Assembly (NCBI GenBank): GCA_016699935.1
Contig: CP064992.1
Span: 360,001 to 392,000, forward strand
Direction: 5' to 3'
DNA from: Candidatus Saccharimonadota bacterium
GTDB taxonomy: Bacteria; Patescibacteriota; Saccharimonadia; Saccharimonadales; UBA4665
DNA: 32,000 nucleotides
The position numbers were made by a program, and so were the translations under genes. Below are positions 25,226 to 32,000 of the stretch, piece by piece. Position 1 is the stretch's first letter; every line of letters starts with the position of its first letter. The notes beneath the pieces are model-generated. The model saw nothing but the letters and a program-made list of their open reading frames with translations, did not search any database and was not told where the DNA came from.

Positions 25226-26571
25226 CACAACCGTTCCTTGTGCGGAGTGGTTGCCATAGCAATACCCGCAAGACCCCACCATATATATGCCAACGTCACG
25301 TCAGCCCAGGCATATGACAGCAGGTTCACGAATGTCAATCCGACAAAGGTTGCTAGTAGTACGTTTGCGAACGGTTCACGACGTTTGTAGAGAGCCCGAG
25401 CAAGCCGGTAGCAGATGGCAATAAAAAGGCCGAGACCAAGCCACCCAGTTTCTTGCCCGACTGAGAGGAAATAGTTTTCGCTATTGCGCGCGGGTGTTGC
25501 ATCTTCGAGCATCGACGCTGGCCCAGCCGTCCCAAGCCCCCTGCCGAGTGGTTCGGTTACGACATCCTGCACGCCGTCCCTCAGTGCAGAGAGTCTATCT
25601 TCATTTGATGTCTGAGCCGCTGTAGACTGGTCGTTGGCATGGAAAATAGCATTCTTAAAGCCCTGGTTGTTTAGGGCAAGCAGGACTCCTCCGAGTACCA
25701 AGAGCAGGGCGACTACCGCTGATGATGCACCGATTCGAGCATTTCGCAAAAAACTTTTGGTCACAGCTATCCAGGCCAACCCAGCCACCGCCAGCCCCAG
25801 CCACGCACTGCGCGAAAAGCTTAGGTACAAGGCCACTCCAGATGCTGCGAGTAGCACATACTTACCAATGCCACGCCGTACAAAAACCCACATGAGCCCA
25901 ATCCCAAGAAGCACGTATGCGCCGAGCGGGTTGGGACCGCGTAGCGTCGACTGAGCCCGGATAGTTTCGGTATCTTGGTTGATAGTCTGGAGTGGTGCGA
26001 TTGTTACACCCTTTTCATAGCCAAACTGTTTCAGAAAGTCTGGGGGCAAAATAAAAAATTGTAGCAGCGCAAACGCACAAACAGCCGCAAACGGGATAAG
26101 CACAATTCGTTTCCAATGTGTGCGTAGCCACGAACTTTTACGAGCAATAGCATAGACCAGCACAAACCAAACAATGGGGCGGGTACTCAGCAGTAGTCCA
26201 TAGCTGGCCGTCCTTAGCCCAATATCTCCGCGCACCTGTGCGATGCCAAAATACAAAATGGAGAGTAGCAGATAGAGAAGAATTAGCCATCCCAGGTGAA
26301 ATTGCGAAAACTCCCGCCATGTTTGCCGAATTCGGCCACTCGCAAGAAACCAAACGCTAAGACAAAGTACAGCCAGCTCTGGCCAAAGCCTGAGGAGCGT
26401 GTAGTGGCCGACTGCTGTCGAAGCCCACACCGTTACAAACGCGTGCACAGGCACAAACGTCAACACAGATGCCACGACATAATTGGGTAGTCTGGTAGTT
26501 AGGCGGTGATTAGCAGAAATAGCGCGAACTGCGCCTTTTACCCCTTGCTCTTTGCCCTTTGCCCTATCCAT
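25225..26571 (-). CDS. O-antigen ligase/polymerase-like (Wzy_C family) integral membrane protein
   Basis: 448 aa, at least 10 TM. Motif region LYLSFSRSAWLGLAVAGLAW and a large periplasmic loop. Confidence 0.7.
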   Translation of the reverse strand: MDRAKGKEQGVKGAVRAISANHRLTTRLPNYVVASVLTFVPVHAFVTVWASTAVGHYTLLRLWPELAVLCLSVWFLASGRIRQTWREFSQFHLGWLILLYLLLSILYFGIAQVRGDIGLRTASYGLLLSTRPIVWFVLVYAIARKSSWLRTHWKRIVLIPFAAVCAFALLQFFILPPDFLKQFGYEKGVTIAPLQTINQDTETIRAQSTLRGPNPLGAYVLLGIGLMWVFVRRGIGKYVLLAASGVALYLSFSRSAWLGLAVAGLAWIAVTKSFLRNARIGASSAVVALLLVLGGVLLALNNQGFKNAIFHANDQSTAAQTSNEDRLSALRDGVQDVVTEPLGRGLGTAGPASMLEDATPARNSENYFLSVGQETGWLGLGLFIAICYRLARALYKRREPFANVLLATFVGLTFVNLLSYAWADVTLAYIWWGLAGIAMATTPHKERL

Positions 26572-26607
26572 ATACCCTTAAGTATAGCAGCGGGCTTTGG
26601 CGATTCC

Positions 26608-27606
26608 ATGATGACCGATATACTAATAGTGATGACTTCGCGACCAATAGTCCTAACTGGGTCAATCGCTATCGACCGGATTATGAGCTTTAGTGGCTCG
26701 TATGAAGATTATTTACATGCCGAGAAACTCGATAGCGTGTCTGTGTCGATTTTTCTCGATAGCTTGCGTGATACATCTGGCGGCGTGGCGGCAAACATAG
26801 CGTATACATTGGCTTTACTAGGCAATGAACCGTACCTGCTCGGCTCAGTCGGACCTGATGCTGTGGAGTACATGGAGAAACTGGCACGGCACGGGGTGAA
26901 TATCGCTCATATACACGAAAGTATGCTGCCAACAGCGACTTTCAATGTCATAACCGACAGCGACCAAAACCAAGTGGGTGGATTCTACCCAGGTGCAATG
27001 TTTGACAGCGATTCGCTCAGCCTCGAGCCGTGGCGCGAGCAAAACCCGCTGGTCGTCATTTCACCACACGACCCAAAAGCAATGAGCCGCCAGATAGAAG
27101 AAGCGGGCGAAATGAGCCTATCGGTCTGCTATGACATTGGCCAACAAGTTAGTAATGCACCGGCTGAAGACATTCGAGCGGGTATAGAGGCGGCAGAAAT
27201 ACTCATAATGAACGATTACGAATTTGCTGTGCTCTGCAAGCGCACTGGACTTGAGGCACACGAAATCACTGCGCAAGTGCCAGTGGTCATCACCACGCAC
27301 GGACCTGACGGATCACGGGTTGAGGGGACGGCCGTTGAGGAGCCTATCGAGGTAGGAGTCGCCACACCCAGCGACGTCGTAGACCCGACAGGAGCGGGCG
27401 ATGCCTACCGCGCTGGACTGTGCTATGGTTATGCCCATGGCTGGTCACTGCGCGAATCGGCTCAGCTCGGGGCGACCTGTGCGAGCTTTGCCATAGAAAC
27501 ACTGGGGACTCAGACACACATGTTTGACCATGAAACCTTGACTGAGCGCTATGAGAACACTTTTGGCTCACCGCCACCATTTAACATCGTAAAGGAGCGT
27601 GTATGA
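26608..27606 (+). CDS. PfkB-family kinase, probable adenosine/nucleoside kinase
   Basis: [16 protein letters not shown] (PfkB signature 2), N-terminal GSIAIDRI. Start taken at ATG 26608 because the longer track ORF overlaps the divergent gene. The TGA overlaps the ahcY ATG (ATGA 27603-27606). Adenosine specificity is inferred from context only. Confidence 0.7.
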   Translation: MMTDILIVMTSRPIVLTGSIAIDRIMSFSGSYEDYLHAEKLDSVSVSIFLDSLRDTSGGVAANIAYTLALLGNEPYLLGSVGPDAVEYMEKLARHGVNIAHIHESMLPTATFNVITDSDQNQVGGFYPGAMFDSDSLSLEPWREQNPLVVISPHDPKAMSRQIEEAGEMSLSVCYDIGQQVSNAPAEDIRAGIEAAEILIMNDYEFAVLCKRTGLEAHEITAQVPVVITTHGPDGSRVEGTAVEEPIEVGVATPSDVVDPTGAGDAYRAGLCYGYAHGWSLRESAQLGATCASFAIETLGTQTHMFDHETLTERYENTFGSPPPFNIVKERV

Positions 27607-28892
27607 ATGATTATAAAGTTGCAGATATAGCCCTCGCAGACTGGGGGCGCAAAGAAATCCAGCTCGCAGAAAAGGAGATGCCTGGCCTCATGAGCTTACG
27701 CGCCGAATACAAAGCGGCGCAGCCCCTGAAGGGCGCTCGTATTGCTGGCTCGCTACATATGACAATTCAGACGGCCGTGCTCATAGAGACACTTGTCGAG
27801 CTCGGAGCGGAAGTGCGCTGGTCTTCATGCAATATTTTTAGCACTCAAGACCAGGCGGCAGCAGCCATTGCGGCTGTAGGTGTACCAGTTTTCGCTTGGA
27901 AAGGTGAAACTGAGGAAGAATACTGGTGGTGCGCGGAGCAAACACTCACCTTTACTGACGACAAAGGGCCAAACATGCTGCTCGATGACGGCGGAGACTT
28001 AACTGGTCTTGTCCACGCCAAGCACCCTGACATGCTAGCGGATATAAAAGGCGTGTCCGAGGAAACCACAACAGGCGTACACCACCTCTACCAGATGCTT
28101 GAAAAGGGCGAGCTCAAACTCCCCGCTATAAACGTAAACGACTCGGTGACAAAAAGTAAGTTCGACAACAAGTACGGCTGCCGTGAATCGCTCGTTGACG
28201 GTATCAAGCGCGCTACCGACGTTATGCTCGCTGGTAAAGTTGCCGTTGTTGCTGGCTATGGAGATGTCGGCAAGGGCAGCGCTCAATCGCTCGCCAGCTA
28301 CGGTTGCCGAGTGCTCGTAACCGAGATAGACCCCATCTGCGCCCTCCAGGCTCAAATGGAAGGCTACGAAGTTGTTCTCATGGAAGACGCCGTGCGAGAA
28401 GGTGACATTTTTGTGACGACTACTGGCTGCAAAGATATCATCACCGTCGACCATATGGCGGCTATGAAGGATGCCGCCATCGTCTGCAATATCGGGCATT
28501 TTGATGTCGAAATCCAGGTTGAGCAGCTCGTTCACACTCCAGGGGTAACGCGCGACGAAATCAAACCACAAGTCGACCTGTTCACGTTCCCCGATGGCCA
28601 CCGGATCATTCTGCTGGCCGAAGGTCGCCTCGTAAACCTCGGCTGCGCCACCGGCCATCCCAGCTTTGTCATGAGCAACAGCTTCTGCAACCAGGTGCTG
28701 GCACAGATCGAACTCTGGACAAAAGAATTTGAGGTGGGCGTCTATATGCTCCCGAAAGAACTCGACGAAAAAGTTGCTCGCCTGCACGTAGAAGCACTCG
28801 GCGGCAAACTAACTGAGTTGAGCGAAGACCAATCTACTTACATCGGCATTTCAAAAACTGGTCCGTTCAAACCCGAGCACTACAGATATTGA
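27603..28892 (+). CDS. ahcY: adenosylhomocysteinase
   Basis: 429 aa. Motifs: [39 protein letters not shown] site [17 protein letters not shown]. Confidence 0.92.
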   Translation: MNDYKVADIALADWGRKEIQLAEKEMPGLMSLRAEYKAAQPLKGARIAGSLHMTIQTAVLIETLVELGAEVRWSSCNIFSTQDQAAAAIAAVGVPVFAWKGETEEEYWWCAEQTLTFTDDKGPNMLLDDGGDLTGLVHAKHPDMLADIKGVSEETTTGVHHLYQMLEKGELKLPAINVNDSVTKSKFDNKYGCRESLVDGIKRATDVMLAGKVAVVAGYGDVGKGSAQSLASYGCRVLVTEIDPICALQAQMEGYEVVLMEDAVREGDIFVTTTGCKDIITVDHMAAMKDAAIVCNIGHFDVEIQVEQLVHTPGVTRDEIKPQVDLFTFPDGHRIILLAEGRLVNLGCATGHPSFVMSNSFCNQVLAQIELWTKEFEVGVYMLPKELDEKVARLHVEALGGKLTELSEDQSTYIGISKTGPFKPEHYRY

Positions 28893-28984
28893 ACCACTCC
28901 CAGAGTGTGCTGCTGTAAAACCAGACCATCGCGGTATTTGCTATTACATACCCAGAGACACACTTATTCGCTGCGATTAATAAT

Positions 28985-29018
28985 TCTCATAATACGTACG
29001 GCCGTACGTATTATGAGA
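28985..29018 (+). terminator. intrinsic terminator of the pfkB-ahcY operon
   Basis: Perfect 34-nt palindrome tctcataatacgtacgg|ccgtacgtattatgaga, followed by caagttttt. Confidence 0.75.
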
Positions 29019-29091
29019 CAAGTTTTTGGTTAAAATTGGGGTGACAACTACGTGAAACTCGTGATACACTAGGTTCACTTTTACAAGTGAA

Positions 29092-29243
29092 ATATCAAGA
29101 GTACGGCGAGCGTTCTAGCGCGGTGACCCGTCGGCAACCATCCGCGATTTACGCAGAACGGTGCTTCGTCTAGCCTCTATTACTACGTAATGGCGGGAAA
29201 GATATGGTAGTGACCACTCCTTTCCTGCTCGGAAAGGATTTTT
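29092..29243 (+). promoter_or_regulatory. SAM-I-clan riboswitch (aptamer about 29092-29205) with terminator / SD-sequestering hairpin 29218-29243
   Basis: AUCAAGAG (29094-29101), GGCGAG, GCGCGGUGACCCG, CGGCAACC (29132-29139), GGUGC (29160-29164). P1 candidates atatc 29092-96 with gatat 29201-05. Then tcctttcc-tgctc-ggaaagga plus T5 plus ATG. gggaaaga (29196-29203) can alternatively pair with cctttcc as an antiterminator. Directly upstream of metK. Confidence 0.7.
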
Positions 29244-30374
29244 ATGACCAACAATACTATCGGGGATGCAACACTGTTTACGAGTGAGTCAGTTTGCGCC
29301 GGACATCCAGACAAAATGGCCGATGCGGTGAGCGATGTGCTCGTCGATGCCATCCTCGCACTCGACCCAGAGGCCCGCACCGGCATAGAAACAGTCGTTG
29401 GTGCCAACCAGATTAGCTTGTTTGGCGAGATTAAAACGAGTGCGAAAGTAGACTTCGAAAAAGTCGTCCGAGGAAAGATAAAGCAGCTTGGCTATACCAA
29501 TCCCAAGTGGAAATTTTCTGCGACTGAATCGCATTTTACGAACTTTCTACACCAACAATCGCCCGAGATTGCCATGGGCGTCGACGTCGATGGCGCTGGC
29601 GACCAGGGTATGATGTTTGGCTTTGCCTGTGATGAAACACCCGAGCTCATGCCGCTGCCTATCGCCCTTGCCCACGCGCTGTCGCGCCGGATAGACGAGT
29701 GCCGGGAAAATGGCGTGCTGGCGTGGCTGCGACCAGACGGTAAGGCCCAGGTGACCGTACGATACGATGAAGATGGTAAGCCAGTCGCAGTCGAAAAACT
29801 GGTGGCGGCCGTGGCACACGACGAAGCAACGAGCGCCGAACAAGTCCGCCAAGATGTCATAGATCACGTTTTTACGCCTGTTTTGCGCCACTACAAGCTC
29901 AAGCTGCCGGATGAGCACAATATTGTTGTGAATGGAACCGGACTGTGGCATATTCCCGGTCCAGAATCAGATGCGGGTTTGACTGGCAGAAAAATTGTCG
30001 TCGATACCTACGGCGGTTACGCGCGTGTTGGGGGCGGAGCCTTTAGCGGCAAAGACCCGAGCAAAGTTGACCGCAGTGGTGCCTATGCAGCCCGTTACAT
30101 TGCTAAGAACATCGTTGCCGCCGGCCTTGCAACCAAGTGCGAAGTAGGTCTCGCCTACGTGATTGGCCAGCCCAAGCCACTTATGCAGACAATTGACGCA
30201 TTTGGCACGGCCACCGTGAGCGAAGCAGAACTGTACGCCTTCAAAGACAAACTCATCGACACCAGCGTCAAAGGCATCATTGAAACACTCGATCTCCGCC
30301 GTCCCATTTATAGCGCCACCAGCGCCTACGGCCACTTTGGCAAAGATGGTCTTCCGTGGGAAAAAATTGTGTAG
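29244..30374 (+). CDS. metK: S-adenosylmethionine synthase
   Basis: 376 aa. Motifs: FTSESVCAGHPDKMAD, GAGDQGMMFGFA, DAGLTGRKIVVDTYGG, GGGAFSGKDPSKVDRS. Confidence 0.93.
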   Translation: MTNNTIGDATLFTSESVCAGHPDKMADAVSDVLVDAILALDPEARTGIETVVGANQISLFGEIKTSAKVDFEKVVRGKIKQLGYTNPKWKFSATESHFTNFLHQQSPEIAMGVDVDGAGDQGMMFGFACDETPELMPLPIALAHALSRRIDECRENGVLAWLRPDGKAQVTVRYDEDGKPVAVEKLVAAVAHDEATSAEQVRQDVIDHVFTPVLRHYKLKLPDEHNIVVNGTGLWHIPGPESDAGLTGRKIVVDTYGGYARVGGGAFSGKDPSKVDRSGAYAARYIAKNIVAAGLATKCEVGLAYVIGQPKPLMQTIDAFGTATVSEAELYAFKDKLIDTSVKGIIETLDLRRPIYSATSAYGHFGKDGLPWEKIV

Positions 30375-30417
30375 CTCGGTATCGTTTCATCACTAACAGT
30401 GGTAAAATCACTGGTAG

Positions 30418-31866
30418 ATGAAAAATAACGCGTCACTTGTCTATAACTTCTTTTTGGTAGTCGGTGATGCCGTGGCACTTCTCGCCAGCTTCATCGCTGC
30501 ATTTGTTATTCGCGGCTCAAGTGACATTGCCGTTGCTAACCCCATGAACGGCGAGACGTATGTATTAATTTTTGCAAGTTTACTCCCATTTTGGATACTC
30601 ATATTTGCTCTGCTTGGTCTCTACAATGCCAATATTTACGAGCGCCGGTTTGCAGAAGCTGGACGGTTGTTCATAGGCTCGTTCGTTGGCTTGCTGTTTA
30701 TGGTTTTTTGGGACTACATGAGCTTGCAGACAATCTTTCCGGCTAAGCTTGTACCCATTTATGGGTTTGGCATTGCGTTTATAGTGCTGCTTTCTTTGCG
30801 CAACATCGCCCGAATAATTCGGACTTCCTTATTTTCCTTTGGTATTGGCTTAAACCGTATTGTCATAATTGGAAAAACGCCAATTACGCGTGAGTTGCTC
30901 GCATCGCTAGCGAATACCAAACAGTCGGGGTACAAGATAGCCGCGGTCGTTGGTTATAGCAAACGCATACCAGAAATGGTACCAGCGTTTGATACATTTG
31001 ATGAATTCCTCAAAAGTAAGCCGAAAGACATACACAACATTATTCAAACCGAGTTATATGCCGATGAAAAGCGGAATGCGGCAATCTTTGAGTTTGCACA
31101 GCAGCATCACATAAGCTATCGGTTCGTACCGGGAAATAATGAGCTGTTTGTGGGCAATATAGACGTCGATCTTTTCCGCAATGCCATCCCTGTCATCCAT
31201 GTCCACCACACGGCGCTGTTTGGTTGGGGGCGTATACTAAAACGACTCACCGACATCGTGTTTGGCGGCTTGCTACTGATTATTAGTTTGCCTCTGTGGA
31301 TCATTGCCGCAATTGCAATTAAGCTCAGCGATCCATCTGGTCCGGTATTTTATAAAGCAAAGCGAATGAGCCGTTTTGGCACTCCTATTTATGTCTACAA
31401 GTTCCGTACCATGAAACAAGCCTACAACAATATGTCCCCCGAGGAGGGGTTTGTAAAAATGGGCAAACCCGAGCTTATCAAAAAATACCGTGACAGCGGT
31501 GACCAGCTCATGTACGATCCGAGGGTCACATCTGTTGGTAGGTTACTTCGCACCGCCAGCCTGGACGAGTTACCGCAACTATGGAACGTTTTGCACGGTG
31601 AAATTAGCCTCGTTGGCCCGCGGGCACTCGATACATACGAATTGGAACGGTACGACAAAATGAACCTCATTCTTAGTGTAAAATCTGGCTTAACCAGCCT
31701 CGCGCTTGTGTCTGGGCGGCACGCCATGAGCTTTGAGGAGCGCCGCAAGCTCGACTTGTACTACGTACAGAACTGGAGTTTTTGGTTGGATATTGTCATC
31801 ATAACAAAGACGATACGGGTCGTCATAGAACGCTTATTCAGGCGAGGGGCCCGGTATGTCTCGTAG
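30418..31866 (+). CDS. polyprenyl-phosphate sugar phosphotransferase (WbaP/bacterial sugar transferase family)
   Basis: 482 aa. N-terminal TM helices and central domain. C-terminal catalytic domain: KRLTDIVFGGLLLII…, GPVFYKAKRMSRFGTPIYVYKFRTM, DELPQLWNVLHGEISLVGPRA. Confidence 0.85.
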   Translation: MKNNASLVYNFFLVVGDAVALLASFIAAFVIRGSSDIAVANPMNGETYVLIFASLLPFWILIFALLGLYNANIYERRFAEAGRLFIGSFVGLLFMVFWDYMSLQTIFPAKLVPIYGFGIAFIVLLSLRNIARIIRTSLFSFGIGLNRIVIIGKTPITRELLASLANTKQSGYKIAAVVGYSKRIPEMVPAFDTFDEFLKSKPKDIHNIIQTELYADEKRNAAIFEFAQQHHISYRFVPGNNELFVGNIDVDLFRNAIPVIHVHHTALFGWGRILKRLTDIVFGGLLLIISLPLWIIAAIAIKLSDPSGPVFYKAKRMSRFGTPIYVYKFRTMKQAYNNMSPEEGFVKMGKPELIKKYRDSGDQLMYDPRVTSVGRLLRTASLDELPQLWNVLHGEISLVGPRALDTYELERYDKMNLILSVKSGLTSLALVSGRHAMSFEERRKLDLYYVQNWSFWLDIVIITKTIRVVIERLFRRGARYVS

Positions 31867-32000
31867 CCCGAAGCTACGTGTGGCAATCGTGCATGATTGG
31901 CTAGTAGGTGGTGGTGCAGAACTGGTTGTTGAGCAGTTGCACAAACTCTTTCCCGAGGCGCCAATTTATACATCATATACCACGAAAGAGTGGCGCAGAC
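31856..32000 (+). CDS. glycosyltransferase (GT4-like), 5' fragment running off the window
   Basis: The ATG at 31856 overlaps the previous gene by 11 nt. MSRSPKLRVAIVHDWLVGGGAELVVEQLHKLFPEAPIYTSY is typical of a GT4 N-terminus. Confidence 0.6.
   Translation, partial: MSRSPKLRVAIVHDWLVGGGAELVVEQLHKLFPEAPIYTSYTTKEWRR

Noticed and set aside
1-32000. Prophage, integrative element, toxin-antitoxin or known defence-system signatures across the window.
   Set aside because: No integrase, transposase, recombinase, capsid, terminase, nuclease-helicase or toxin-antitoxin motifs were recognised, and no tRNA-flanked boundaries. The only mobile-element-like features are the small palindromic modules reported above.

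Overview
Gene-dense bacterial chromosomal segment, coding on both strands. I recognise no rRNA, tRNA, CRISPR array, transposase, integrase or phage gene. Recognisable genes in order: MurC-family ligase, EEP-family hydrolase, a TsaC/YrdC-Nudix fusion, a MutY/Nth-like glycosylase, HD hydrolase, EamA transporter, convergent pyrC and pyrB, a GNAT, aspS, a Cas2/PaaX-like small protein, a DUF21-CBS transporter, a DsbA-like oxidoreductase, nadD, a LexA-DBD-only protein, a GtrA plus O-antigen-ligase-like pair, a SAM-cycle block (PfkB kinase-ahcY, terminator, SAM-I-type riboswitch, metK), and a WbaP-type sugar transferase with the start of a GT4 glycosyltransferase. Between these lie orphan, low-complexity, single-TM proteins. 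The compact layout (several ATGA stop/start overlaps) and gene content suggest a reduced-genome, CPR/Saccharibacteria-like organism, but this is inference only. Main observations: (1) at least 15 reading-frame breaks as assembled, 13 of them within 1.6-7.0 kb and most repairable by one base at a homopolymer, so assembly error versus real decay must be settled first; (2) a YrdC-Nudix domain fusion; (3) a nested in-frame palindromic insertion in the Mur ligase gene; (4) palindromic repeats bracketing the Cas2/PaaX-like gene; (5) a 164-nt rod-like inverted-repeat structure upstream of the dsbA-like gene; (6) an orphan 548-aa Cys-rich protein plus an unannotated 46-aa zinc-ribbon ORF coupled to nadD. 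All function calls rest on motifs read by eye; no database search was possible.
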